In this document: piece after piece, positions 1-9,348 of the stretch
Layout of the letters: each line of letters starts with the position of its first letter
How positions within the stretch are numbered: the stretch's first letter is position 1
From: Mycobacterium tuberculosis H37Rv
GTDB taxonomy: Bacteria; Actinomycetota; Actinomycetes; Mycobacteriales; Mycobacteriaceae
NCBI RefSeq assembly: GCF_000195955.2
Contig: NC_000962.3
Span: 570,001-602,000, forward strand
Direction: 5' to 3'
Length of the DNA: 32,000 nt
The notes under the pieces: model-generated
What the model saw: the letters and a program-made list of their open reading frames with translations, nothing else
What the model was told of the DNA's origin: nothing
The model's database searches: none
Made by a program: the position numbers and the translations under genes

Positions 1-512
1 GTGATCCACAGCGTGGTGAAGCGCTGTTCGATGGTCACTAGCTGGCTTAATTGGGTGCCGATAAGCCTCTCCAGCTTCCCGCCAATGAACGGGATACGCA
101 CCTGGATGGTGACCTGCAGCGTCATTCGGGAGCCACCCGACTCCGGTATGGGCGAGAGCACGGCGGTGCCCCACAAGTTCACCGGAGCGTCCACGATCGA
201 TCCCGCAATGGACGCGGTCGCGATGCCTTCCTTGACCGGGCCCCAGGTCTCCTCGCGCCGTACCGAAAGATCGCCCCGGTGCAACTGTGTGACCAGGCCG
301 GGCAGATTGTGACTGCGCACCATCTGCAGGGTGACGACTTCGATGGTGCCGTCGTCTCCGGAGTCGCCACCTACGCGTATCGACTCAAGGGTCGCGACGT
401 CGACCGGCGTTTCGGCCAGTCTGGCTTTCCAGTAGTCCGCCTCGTAGAAAGCCCGATGAACCTCCTCGACGCTGCCCTCGTAGTCGGCCGACATGTCGAA
501 TGAACGCGGCAT
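1..512 (-). CDS. Conserved hypothetical protein (Rv0481c-like, DUF2505/SRPBCC-like). The C-terminal few codons run off the left edge of the window.
   Basis: Absent from the ORF track because there is no stop inside the window. Hand translation of the minus strand from ATG 512-510 stays open to the window edge for 170 codons: MPRSFDMSADYEGSVEEVHRAFYEADYWKARLAETPVDVATLESIRVGGDSGDDGTIEVVTLQM...LERLIGTQLSQLVTIEQRFTTLWIT. There is an alternative ATG at 494. The plus-strand ORFs 1..312 and 51..503 are its antisense shadows. Family name is from memory. Confidence 0.8.
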   Translation of the reverse strand, partial: MPRSFDMSADYEGSVEEVHRAFYEADYWKARLAETPVDVATLESIRVGGDSGDDGTIEVVTLQMVRSHNLPGLVTQLHRGDLSVRREETWGPVKEGIATASIAGSIVDAPVNLWGTAVLSPIPESGGSRMTLQVTIQVRIPFIGGKLERLIGTQLSQLVTIEQRFTTLWI

Positions 513-538
513 AGCAGGTCAGGCTACCCTTACGGGCC

Positions 539-1648
539 ATGAAACGGAGCGGTGTCGGTTCGCTCTTTGCCGGTGCGCATATTGCCGAGGCGGTCCCGTT
601 GGCGCCGCTGACCACTTTGCGTGTGGGCCCGATCGCCCGACGTGTCATCACTTGCACCAGCGCCGAACAGGTGGTGGCTGCGCTGCGGCACCTGGATTCG
701 GCGGCCAAGACCGGAGCTGACCGCCCGCTGGTGTTTGCTGGTGGCTCCAATTTGGTGATCGCCGAGAACCTGACCGACCTGACCGTGGTGCGGTTGGCCA
801 ATAGCGGCATCACCATCGACGGTAACTTGGTGCGGGCCGAGGCCGGTGCGGTCTTCGATGACGTGGTGGTTAGGGCCATCGAACAGGGTCTGGGCGGACT
901 GGAATGCCTGTCTGGCATCCCAGGATCGGCCGGGGCGACACCCGTGCAGAACGTGGGGGCGTATGGCGCGGAGGTGTCTGACACCATCACTCGGGTTCGG
1001 CTTTTGGATCGGTGCACGGGTGAGGTGCGTTGGGTATCCGCGCGCGACCTGCGCTTCGGCTATCGCACGAGCGTGCTCAAACACGCTGATGGGCTTGCGG
1101 TGCCCACCGTGGTCTTGGAGGTGGAGTTTGCGCTGGATCCGTCGGGCCGCAGCGCACCGCTGCGCTACGGCGAGCTGATCGCCGCGCTGAATGCGACCAG
1201 CGGCGAGCGCGCCGACCCGCAAGCGGTCCGCGAAGCGGTGCTGGCCCTGCGGGCACGCAAGGGCATGGTGCTGGACCCGACCGACCATGACACCTGGAGC
1301 GTGGGATCGTTCTTCACAAACCCGGTGGTCACCCAGGATGTTTACGAACGGCTGGCCGGTGACGCGGCCACCAGAAAGGACGGTCCGGTCCCGCACTATC
1401 CCGCGCCCGACGGCGTCAAGCTGGCCGCCGGCTGGCTGGTGGAACGGGCCGGCTTCGGCAAGGGCTATCCGGATGCCGGCGCCGCCCCATGCCGGCTTTC
1501 CACCAAACATGCGCTGGCGCTGACAAATCGTGGCGGGGCCACCGCCGAAGATGTGGTGACGCTGGCGCGCGCCGTGCGCGATGGGGTCCATGATGTGTTT
1601 GGTATCACACTAAAACCCGAACCCGTGCTGATCGGCTGCATGTTGTAG
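539..1648 (+). CDS. murB: UDP-N-acetylenolpyruvoylglucosamine reductase MurB
   Basis: 369-aa ORF. It has an FAD-binding PCMH-type N-domain ([11 protein letters not shown]) and the MurB C-terminal motif SVGSFFTNP. Matches Rv0482 by position. Confidence 0.95.
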
Positions 1649-1709
1649 CTGCGTTTTCGCGGCGGGGCGGCGTGGCGCGCATTGCTTAGGGCTGGTTGCC
1701 AGGCGTTCT

Positions 1710-3065
1710 GTGGTCATTCGTGTGCTGTTTCGCCCGGTATCTTTGATACCCGTGAATAACTCCAGCACCCCCCAGAGTCAGGGGCCGATCAGTCGGCGTC
1801 TGGCGTTGACGGCCCTTGGGTTTGGGGTGTTGGCACCGAACGTTCTGGTCGCGTGCGCCGGCAAAGTGACCAAGCTGGCCGAGAAGAGGCCGCCACCGGC
1901 GCCTCGTCTGACTTTCCGGCCTGCCGACTCTGCCGCCGACGTGGTGCCGATCGCGCCGATCAGCGTCGAGGTCGGTGACGGCTGGTTTCAGCGGGTCGCG
2001 CTGACCAATTCGGCAGGCAAGGTCGTCGCCGGGGCATACAGCCGGGATCGCACCATCTACACGATCACCGAGCCGCTGGGCTACGACACGACCTACACCT
2101 GGAGCGGTTCGGCCGTCGGCCATGACGGCAAGGCGGTTCCGGTGGCGGGCAAGTTCACCACCGTGGCACCCGTCAAGACGATCAACGCGGGATTCCAGCT
2201 CGCCGACGGCCAGACCGTCGGGATCGCGGCGCCGGTGATTATTCAGTTCGATTCACCGATCAGCGACAAGGCCGCCGTCGAGCGGGCACTAACCGTGACC
2301 ACCGACCCGCCTGTCGAGGGCGGCTGGGCCTGGCTGCCCGACGAGGCGCAGGGCGCTCGCGTGCACTGGCGTCCTCGGGAGTACTACCCGGCGGGTACCA
2401 CCGTCGACGTCGACGCCAAGCTGTATGGGCTGCCGTTCGGCGACGGCGCGTACGGCGCGCAGGATATGTCGTTGCACTTCCAGATCGGTCGTCGTCAGGT
2501 GGTCAAGGCCGAAGTCTCGTCGCACCGCATCCAAGTCGTCACCGATGCCGGCGTCATCATGGACTTCCCGTGCAGCTACGGCGAGGCCGACTTGGCGCGC
2601 AACGTCACCCGCAACGGCATCCACGTCGTCACCGAGAAATACTCGGACTTCTACATGTCCAACCCGGCCGCCGGTTACAGCCATATCCACGAACGTTGGG
2701 CGGTGCGGATTTCCAACAACGGCGAGTTCATCCATGCCAACCCTATGAGCGCCGGTGCCCAGGGCAACAGCAATGTCACCAACGGCTGTATCAACCTGTC
2801 GACGGAGAACGCCGAACAGTACTACCGCAGCGCGGTCTACGGTGACCCGGTTGAGGTGACCGGCAGTTCGATCCAGCTGTCCTACGCCGACGGTGACATC
2901 TGGGACTGGGCGGTGGACTGGGACACCTGGGTGTCGATGTCGGCGCTACCGCCACCGGCGGCCAAACCGGCGGCGACGCAAATCCCGGTCACCGCCCCGG
3001 TCACGCCGTCGGATGCCCCCACCCCGTCCGGCACACCCACGACTACTAACGGACCGGGTGGGTAG
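1710..3065 (+). CDS. lprQ: Lipoprotein LprQ, a YkuD-family L,D-transpeptidase (LdtMt5-type)
   Basis: 451-aa ORF. The N-terminal signal has SRRLAL followed by lipobox LVAC. The YkuD catalytic region is [23 protein letters not shown]. It has a Pro/Thr/Ala-rich C-terminal tail. The GTG start at 1710 is uncertain, since downstream GTGs at 1722 and 1752 also precede the signal peptide. Confidence 0.92.
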
Positions 3066-3801
3066 CGCGACGGCTAGCTGATGCCTGGTCGCGGGGCCGG
3101 ATGACGATCTGGTCAAGGTTGACGTGTGAGGGCCGGGTGGCCACGAATCCGATCACCTCGGCGACGTCGGCGGCTACTAGCGGTGTCATGCCGGCATAAA
3201 CCGCGTCCGCGCGTTGCTGGTCGCCGTCGAAGCGGACCAGCGAAAATTCGGTCTCGACCGCACCTGGAGCGATCTCGGTGAGCCGGACCGGCTTCCCCAG
3301 CAGTTCGCCGCGCAGCGTGCGATGCAGCGCGCCCTGCGCGTGCTTGGCAGCGGTGTAGCCGGCGCCGCCGTCGTACACCTCGATCGCGGCGATCGAGGTG
3401 ACGGTGACGATCAGGCCGTCGCCGGAGTCGATCAGCTTGGGCAGCAGCGCGCGGGTTACCCGCAGCGTGCCCAGTACGTTGGTGTCCCACATCCATCGCC
3501 AGTGCTCCAAATCGGCATCGGCGACGAACTGAAGCCCCTTGGCGCCACCGGCGTTGTTGACCAGCACGTCCACCCGGCTCAGCGCGCGGGCCAACGCTTC
3601 GACGGCGGCGTCGTCAGTGACATCGGCCACAATTGCGGTTCCGCCGATCTGGTTGGCCAGCGCGGTGATCCGGTCCGCCCGACGCGCCACCGCGACCACG
3701 TGAAACCCCTGGGCCGCAAGGGTTCTCGCGGTTGCCTCGCCGATACCGGAACTGGCGCCGGTGACCACGGCGACTCGCTTGCGGGTGCCGATTGTCGTCA
3801 T
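3046..3801 (-). CDS. Short-chain dehydrogenase/reductase (Rv0484c-like)
   Basis: 251-aa ORF with SDR motifs [13 protein letters not shown] (TGxxxGxG), NNAG and YTAAK (YxxxK). On the minus strand, TAGAGT (3814-3809) lies 7 nt upstream of ATG 3801, which allows a leaderless or near-leaderless transcript. Confidence 0.93.
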
Positions 3802-3983
3802 CGGGACAACTCTAATAAACGTGCTAAATTCTCGGTGTGTACCACAGCGCCTTGTTCCGCACGACGACCGCGTGTCTTTTCGCGGGCGCGTGTTGTTGCC
3901 GCCCCCTTTGCCGCGCCTGACCGATACACGTCAGCAGGTGTGGCCAACAGGACCCGGCCATTGGAACTCGGAGAAGAACGCCC

Positions 3984-5300
3984 GTGTACTCGACTAACCG
4001 CACCTCACAGTCACTCAGCCGCAAGCCCGGCCGCAAGCACCAGCTGCGATCGCACCGTTACGTCATGCCGCCGTCGCTGCACCTGTCCGATTCCGCGGCT
4101 GCGTCCGTCTTCCGGGCCGTGCGTTTGCGTGGTCCGGTCGGTCGGGACGTAATTGCTGGATCTACGTCGCTGAGCATCGCGACGGTGAACCGCCAGGTCA
4201 TCGCACTGCTGGAAGCGGGCCTCCTGCGTGAGCGGGCGGACCTGGCGGTTTCCGGGGCTATCGGGCGCCCACGCGTGCCTGTCGAAGTAAACCACGAGCC
4301 TTTTGTCACCCTGGGCATCCACATCGGTGCCCGGACCACCAGCATCGTGGCCACCGACCTGTTCGGCCGCACGCTCGACACGGTGGAGACCCCGACCCCG
4401 CGTAACGCTGCCGGGGCCGCGCTGACCTCACTGGCCGACAGCGCTGACCGATACTTGCAGCGCTGGCGCCGGCGCCGTGCGCTGTGGGTCGGGGTGACGC
4501 TTGGTGGTGCAGTCGACAGTGCCACCGGTCATGTCGACCATCCGCGGCTCGGTTGGCGTCAGGCTCCGGTCGGACCCGTGCTGGCGGATGCCCTAGGCCT
4601 GCCCGTGTCGGTGGCGTCCCACGTCGACGCCATGGCCGGGGCCGAGCTGATGCTCGGCATGCGGCGGTTCGCACCGAGCTCGTCGACGAGCCTCTACGTC
4701 TACGCCCGCGAAACCGTAGGCTATGCGCTGATGATCGGTGGGCGGGTGCACTGCCCGGCCAGTGGTCCCGGCACCATCGCGCCCCTGCCCGTCCACTCTG
4801 AAATGCTCGGCGGTACCGGGCAGCTGGAGTCCACTGTCAGCGACGAGGCGGTTTTGGCTGCTGCCCGCCGGCTGCGGATCATCCCCGGCATCGCTTCGAG
4901 GACCCGGACCGGTGGGTCCGCTACCGCCATCACCGACTTGCTGCGAGTGGCACGAGCCGGTAATCAGCAAGCCAAGGAGCTGCTGGCGGAGCGGGCCCGC
5001 GTGCTCGGTGGGGCGGTCGCGCTGCTGCGTGACTTACTCAATCCCGACGAAGTGGTGGTGGGTGGCCAGGCGTTTACCGAATATCCCGAGGCGATGGAGC
5101 AGGTGGAGGCGGCGTTTACGGCAGGGTCGGTGCTGGCGCCGCGTGACATCCGCGTGACCGTTTTCGGCAACCGGGTGCAGGAGGCCGGGGCAGGCATCGT
5201 GTCCCTAAGCGGGCTCTATGCCGATCCATTGGGTGCCTTGCGGCGATCGGGCGCGCTGGATGCCCGGCTGCAGGACACCGCCCCGGAGGCGCTCGCGTGA
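3984..5300 (+). CDS. ROK-family (NagC/XylR-like) transcriptional regulator (Rv0485-like)
   Basis: 438-aa ORF. It has an N-terminal winged-HTH (GSTSLSIATVNRQVIALLEAGLLRE) followed by a sugar-kinase-like ROK fold. GTG start at 3984 with GGAGA about 10 nt upstream. Confidence 0.9.
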   Translation: MYSTNRTSQSLSRKPGRKHQLRSHRYVMPPSLHLSDSAAASVFRAVRLRGPVGRDVIAGSTSLSIATVNRQVIALLEAGLLRERADLAVSGAIGRPRVPVEVNHEPFVTLGIHIGARTTSIVATDLFGRTLDTVETPTPRNAAGAALTSLADSADRYLQRWRRRRALWVGVTLGGAVDSATGHVDHPRLGWRQAPVGPVLADALGLPVSVASHVDAMAGAELMLGMRRFAPSSSTSLYVYARETVGYALMIGGRVHCPASGPGTIAPLPVHSEMLGGTGQLESTVSDEAVLAAARRLRIIPGIASRTRTGGSATAITDLLRVARAGNQQAKELLAERARVLGGAVALLRDLLNPDEVVVGGQAFTEYPEAMEQVEAAFTAGSVLAPRDIRVTVFGNRVQEAGAGIVSLSGLYADPLGALRRSGALDARLQDTAPEALA

Positions 5301-5347
5301 TCGGCTGACGAGCCGCGTCCGCGCGTGTCACTTCGGTTCCTGCAAGG

Positions 5348-6790
5348 ATGGCAGGTGTGCGGCACGATGACGGTTCAGGGTTGATCGCCCAGCGCCGTCC
5401 GGTCCGCGGCGAGGGTGCCACCCGCTCGCGCGGCCCATCCGGGCCATCCAATCGGAATGTTTCGGCAGCAGACGACCCGCGCCGGGTTGCGCTGCTGGCG
5501 GTGCACACCTCACCGCTGGCACAGCCGGGCACCGGTGACGCCGGCGGCATGAACGTCTACATGCTGCAAAGTGCGCTGCACCTGGCCCGTCGGGGCATCG
5601 AGGTGGAGATCTTCACCCGGGCCACCGCATCGGCAGATCCACCGGTGGTGCGGGTGGCACCCGGGGTGCTGGTGCGCAACGTGGTGGCGGGGCCCTTCGA
5701 GGGTTTGGACAAGTACGACCTGCCCACCCAGCTTTGTGCGTTCGCCGCCGGGGTGCTGCGCGCCGAGGCGGTCCACGAACCGGGTTACTACGACATCGTG
5801 CACTCGCACTACTGGCTGTCGGGTCAGGTCGGCTGGCTGGCGCGCGACCGCTGGGCGGTGCCGTTGGTGCACACCGCACACACGCTGGCCGCCGTGAAGA
5901 ACGCGGCACTGGCCGACGGCGACGGACCCGAGCCGCCGCTGCGTACGGTCGGGGAGCAGCAGGTCGTCGACGAGGCGGATCGGTTGATCGTCAACACCGA
6001 CGATGAAGCCAGGCAAGTGATTTCGCTTCATGGTGCCGATCCGGCACGAATCGACGTGGTCCATCCCGGTGTCGATCTGGACGTGTTCCGCCCGGGTGAT
6101 CGGCGCGCGGCCCGGGCCGCGCTAGGACTACCAGTTGACGAGCGCGTGGTGGCCTTCGTCGGACGCATCCAGCCGCTGAAGGCACCCGACATTGTGCTGC
6201 GTGCGGCCGCCAAGTTGCCCGGGGTGCGCATCATCGTGGCCGGCGGACCGTCGGGCAGCGGTCTGGCTTCACCGGACGGACTGGTCCGGCTCGCCGACGA
6301 ACTGGGCATCTCTGCACGGGTGACGTTTCTGCCGCCGCAGTCCCACACGGATCTGGCCACCTTGTTTCGGGCGGCGGACCTGGTTGCGGTGCCGAGCTAC
6401 TCCGAGTCGTTCGGCCTGGTTGCTGTGGAGGCCCAAGCGTGCGGCACACCGGTGGTGGCCGCGGCGGTGGGCGGGCTGCCCGTCGCGGTGCGCGACGGGA
6501 TCACCGGCACCCTGGTGTCCGGGCACGAGGTCGGTCAGTGGGCCGACGCCATCGATCACCTGCTGCGGTTGTGTGCCGGGCCACGGGGACGGGTGATGAG
6601 CCGGGCGGCGGCACGGCACGCCGCCACGTTCTCGTGGGAGAACACCACCGACGCGCTGTTGGCCAGTTATCGGCGTGCGATCGGCGAGTACAACGCCGAG
6701 CGCCAGCGCCGGGGCGGCGAGGTGATATCGGACCTGGTAGCGGTGGGCAAGCCCCGCCACTGGACGCCGCGTCGCGGGGTGGGCGCGTGA
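5348..6790 (+). CDS. mshA: D-inositol-3-phosphate glycosyltransferase MshA (GT4), first step of mycothiol biosynthesis
   Basis: 480-aa ORF. The GT4 signature is [29 protein letters not shown], and the conserved N-terminal core starts at [27 protein letters not shown]. Confidence 0.95.
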   Translation: MAGVRHDDGSGLIAQRRPVRGEGATRSRGPSGPSNRNVSAADDPRRVALLAVHTSPLAQPGTGDAGGMNVYMLQSALHLARRGIEVEIFTRATASADPPVVRVAPGVLVRNVVAGPFEGLDKYDLPTQLCAFAAGVLRAEAVHEPGYYDIVHSHYWLSGQVGWLARDRWAVPLVHTAHTLAAVKNAALADGDGPEPPLRTVGEQQVVDEADRLIVNTDDEARQVISLHGADPARIDVVHPGVDLDVFRPGDRRAARAALGLPVDERVVAFVGRIQPLKAPDIVLRAAAKLPGVRIIVAGGPSGSGLASPDGLVRLADELGISARVTFLPPQSHTDLATLFRAADLVAVPSYSESFGLVAVEAQACGTPVVAAAVGGLPVAVRDGITGTLVSGHEVGQWADAIDHLLRLCAGPRGRVMSRAAARHAATFSWENTTDALLASYRRAIGEYNAERQRRGGEVISDLVAVGKPRHWTPRRGVGA

Positions 6791-7338
6791 CTTCCTCCTT
6801 GCCGACCGTGCAACGTGTGATCCAGAATGCGCTCGAGGTCAGCCAGCTGAAGTACTCCCAACACCCCCGCCCGGGCGGGGCGCCGCCCGCGCTGATCGTC
6901 GAGCTGCCGGGCGAACGCAAGCTCAAGATCAACACCATCCTGAGCGTCGGCGAGCATTCGGTGCGTGTCGAGGCGTTCGTGTGTCGCAAGCCTGACGAGA
7001 ACCGCGAAGACGTATACCGGTTCCTGCTGCGGCGCAACCGCCGCCTGTATGGGGTCGCGTACACGCTGGACAATGTCGGCGACATCTACCTGGTGGGCCA
7101 GATGGCGCTGTCCGCAGTGGACGCCGACGAGGTTGACCGGGTGTTGGGGCAGGTGTTAGAGGTGGTGGATTCGGACTTCAATGCGTTGTTGGAGTTGGGA
7201 TTTCGGTCGTCGATTCAACGAGAGTGGCAGTGGCGGTTATCTCGCGGTGAGTCGCTGCAGAACCTGCAGGCCTTCGCTCACTTACGCCCGACGACGATGC
7301 AGAGCGCGCAGCGCGATGAGAAGGAGTTGGGCGGTTAG
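6787..7338 (+). CDS. YbjN-like conserved hypothetical protein (Rv0487-like)
   Basis: GTG 6787 overlaps the mshA stop (GTGA, 6787-6790), giving 183 aa: [18 protein letters not shown].... The ORF-track version (6439..7338) extends upstream through mshA in another frame and is not credible. The last 17 codons plus the stop are encoded by the first unit of the 58-bp repeat array. Family name is from memory. Confidence 0.85.
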   Translation: MTSSLPTVQRVIQNALEVSQLKYSQHPRPGGAPPALIVELPGERKLKINTILSVGEHSVRVEAFVCRKPDENREDVYRFLLRRNRRLYGVAYTLDNVGDIYLVGQMALSAVDADEVDRVLGQVLEVVDSDFNALLELGFRSSIQREWQWRLSRGESLQNLQAFAHLRPTTMQSAQRDEKELGG

Positions 7339-7500
7339 GTCGAGCCCGACGACGATGCAGAGCGCGCAGCGCGATGAGAAGGAGTTGGGCGGTTAGGTCG
7401 AGCCCGACGACGATGCAGAGCGCGCAGCGCGATGAGAAGGAGTTGGGCGGTTAGGTCGAGCCCGACGACGATGCAGAGCGCGCAGCGCGATGAGAAATAG
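7286..7500 (+). repeat. Tandem array of 58-bp MIRU-family units, about 3.7 copies, corresponding to the ETR-C / VNTR-0577 locus
   Basis: Direct reading gives the unit gtcgagcccgacgacgatgcagagcgcgcagcgcgatgagaaggagttgggcggttag. There are full identical copies at 7339-7396 and 7397-7454. A 5'-truncated first copy spans 7286-7338. A last copy spans 7455-7500 and diverges at ...gagaaatag. Locus name is from memory of MTBC VNTR typing. Confidence 0.97.
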
Positions 7501-7618
7501 CACTCGTGGAGGTCAAGACGCCCGCCGGTGATGGGCTGGTGGCGCTCACCCCGTTCCGGACTCAGAAATTCGCGATCACAATTTGCGCGTTCAAGTCATT
7601 GGCATGCATGTGATGGTT

Positions 7619-7633
7619 TAGCGTTCCGCTGTG
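7619..7633 (+). promoter_or_regulatory. Candidate leaderless promoter/start for the LysE-family gene: -10 TAGCGT, 6-nt spacer, GTG
   Basis: TAGCGT (7619-7624) fits the mycobacterial -10 consensus TANNNT. It is followed by exactly 6 nt (tccgct) and then GTG 7631, so the predicted +1 is the first base of the start codon. Confidence 0.4.
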
Positions 7634-8269
7634 CCTCTTCAGGTGTTTGTCGGCTTCGTTGCCATGATGACGCTCAAGGTCGCGATCGGCCCGCAAAACG
7701 CATTTGTCCTGCGCCAAGGAATTAGGCGAGAATACGTGCTGGTCATTGTGGCGCTGTGCGGGATCGCTGATGGGGCACTGATTGCCGCGGGCGTTGGCGG
7801 CTTCGCTGCGCTGATTCACGCTCATCCCAATATGACTTTGGTTGCCCGATTTGGCGGCGCAGCGTTCTTGATTGGCTACGCGCTATTGGCCGCGCGGAAC
7901 GCGTGGCGCCCGAGCGGGCTGGTGCCGTCGGAATCGGGGCCGGCTGCGCTGATCGGCGTGGTGCAAATGTGCCTGGTGGTGACCTTTCTCAACCCACACG
8001 TCTATCTGGACACTGTGGTGTTGATCGGTGCCCTCGCCAATGAGGAATCAGATCTGCGGTGGTTTTTCGGAGCCGGTGCCTGGGCCGCCAGCGTCGTATG
8101 GTTCGCCGTGTTGGGATTTAGCGCGGGCCGGCTACAGCCATTCTTCGCAACTCCAGCTGCTTGGCGCATTCTTGATGCGCTGGTTGCCGTGACGATGATT
8201 GGGGTCGCCGTCGTTGTGCTCGTCACGTCACCAAGTGTGCCGACGGCCAATGTCGCACTGATCATTTGA
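7631..8269 (+). CDS. LysE/ArgO-family basic amino-acid exporter (Rv0488-like)
   Basis: 212-aa ORF with family motifs [11 protein letters not shown] and [15 protein letters not shown], close to E. coli ArgO PLGPQNAFVMNQG / [18 protein letters not shown] 7631 leaves 19 residues before GPQNAF, a full TM1 as in ArgO. The internal ATG 7664 ([11 protein letters not shown]...) would truncate TM1. Confidence 0.9.
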   Translation: MPLQVFVGFVAMMTLKVAIGPQNAFVLRQGIRREYVLVIVALCGIADGALIAAGVGGFAALIHAHPNMTLVARFGGAAFLIGYALLAARNAWRPSGLVPSESGPAALIGVVQMCLVVTFLNPHVYLDTVVLIGALANEESDLRWFFGAGAWAASVVWFAVLGFSAGRLQPFFATPAAWRILDALVAVTMIGVAVVVLVTSPSVPTANVALII

Positions 8270-8425
8270 CCACCTCGTAGGCCGCCCATGTATCGGCCTT
8301 GGTGAACCGGCCGTTACGGTGCCGACCACCTCGGCGGTATGAACGCGCTGCGCAGCGGACCGAGGAGAATTCGGGCATTTTGGTCCACGATGAGGAGTGC
8401 GGGAGTGCGTGAGAGACTTGCCGGT

Positions 8426-9175
8426 ATGGCAAACACTGGCAGCCTGGTGTTGCTGCGCCACGGCGAGAGCGACTGGAATGCCCTCAACCTGTTCACCGGC
8501 TGGGTCGATGTCGGCCTGACGGACAAGGGCCAGGCAGAGGCGGTTCGAAGCGGCGAGCTGATCGCGGAACACGACCTATTGCCCGACGTGCTCTACACCT
8601 CGTTGCTGCGGCGCGCGATCACCACCGCGCATCTGGCGTTGGACAGCGCCGATCGGCTCTGGATTCCCGTGCGGCGTAGCTGGCGGCTCAACGAACGCCA
8701 CTACGGCGCGCTGCAGGGTTTGGACAAGGCCGAGACCAAGGCCCGCTATGGCGAAGAGCAGTTCATGGCCTGGCGGCGCAGCTATGACACGCCGCCGCCG
8801 CCGATCGAGCGGGGCAGTCAGTTCAGCCAGGACGCCGACCCTCGTTACGCCGACATCGGCGGTGGCCCGCTCACCGAATGTCTGGCTGACGTGGTCGCCC
8901 GGTTTTTGCCATATTTCACCGACGTCATCGTTGGCGACTTGCGGGTCGGCAAGACGGTGCTGATCGTTGCCCACGGCAACTCGTTGCGCGCGCTGGTCAA
9001 GCACCTGGACCAGATGTCTGACGACGAAATCGTCGGACTGAACATCCCGACCGGAATTCCGCTGCGCTACGACCTGGATTCCGCGATGAGGCCGCTGGTG
9101 CGCGGTGGTACGTATCTGGACCCGGAGGCGGCAGCCGCCGGCGCCGCCGCGGTGGCCGGCCAGGGCCGCGGGTAA
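8426..9175 (+). CDS. gpm1: 2,3-bisphosphoglycerate-dependent phosphoglycerate mutase
   Basis: The protein [18 protein letters not shown]... carries dPGM motifs RHGESx[10 protein letters not shown] and [13 protein letters not shown] 8426 gives the same N-terminal length as E. coli GpmA. The ORF-track start at 8339 adds 29 implausible residues. Confidence 0.94.
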
Positions 9176-9348
9176 TTGTTTGAGATCCCACCTGCCGGCG
9201 GTTTCGGCGGCTGATGGTGTGCTTTGGTGCGCTGTTTGCCAAACAGCATGTGAACGGTAACCGAACAGCTGTGGCGTAGTGTGTGACTTGTCCGATTTTG
9301 GCCTTGCCGCGCTAGGGCGACGTTCACCGGATTTGTAGGATTTTCCTT

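Noticed and set aside
1-503. Plus-strand ORFs 1..312 and 51..503 at the left edge.
   Set aside because: They are antisense to a minus-strand frame that is open for 170 codons with protein-like composition (Rv0481c-like). Their own translations are Arg/Gly/His-rich noise.
513-538. Overlapping divergent -10-like hexamers (TACCCT on the plus strand and TAGCCT on the minus strand) in the 26-nt Rv0481c/murB gap as leaderless promoters.
   Set aside because: The spacing to both start codons is 8 nt rather than 6-7. TANNNT is a low-information motif, so an imprecise match is not convincing.
530-1591. 353-aa minus-strand ORF antisense to murB. Similar long shadow ORFs occur at 385..1017(-), 3214..4152(+), 10497..11654(-), 12055..12936(-), 13730..14710(+), 16333..17307(-) and 30012..31064(-).
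   Set aside because: All lie opposite to, or out of frame with, genes that carry clear family motifs. Their products are Arg/Pro/Gly/Ala-rich low-complexity strings with no motifs. Long stop-free antisense frames are expected at about 65% GC.
6439-6786. Upstream 116-codon extension of the YbjN-like ORF (299-aa version).
   Set aside because: It overlaps the well-supported mshA C-terminal coding region in another frame and is Arg/Gly-rich. GTG 6787, overlapping the mshA stop, is the natural start.
8346-8357. Perfect 12-bp palindrome cgctgcgcagcg upstream of gpm1, and the 8-bp catgcatg upstream of the LysE gene (about 7604-7611).
   Set aside because: These are short, GC-rich, loop-less palindromes of a type frequent in this genome. 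There is no second copy or positional logic to suggest an operator.
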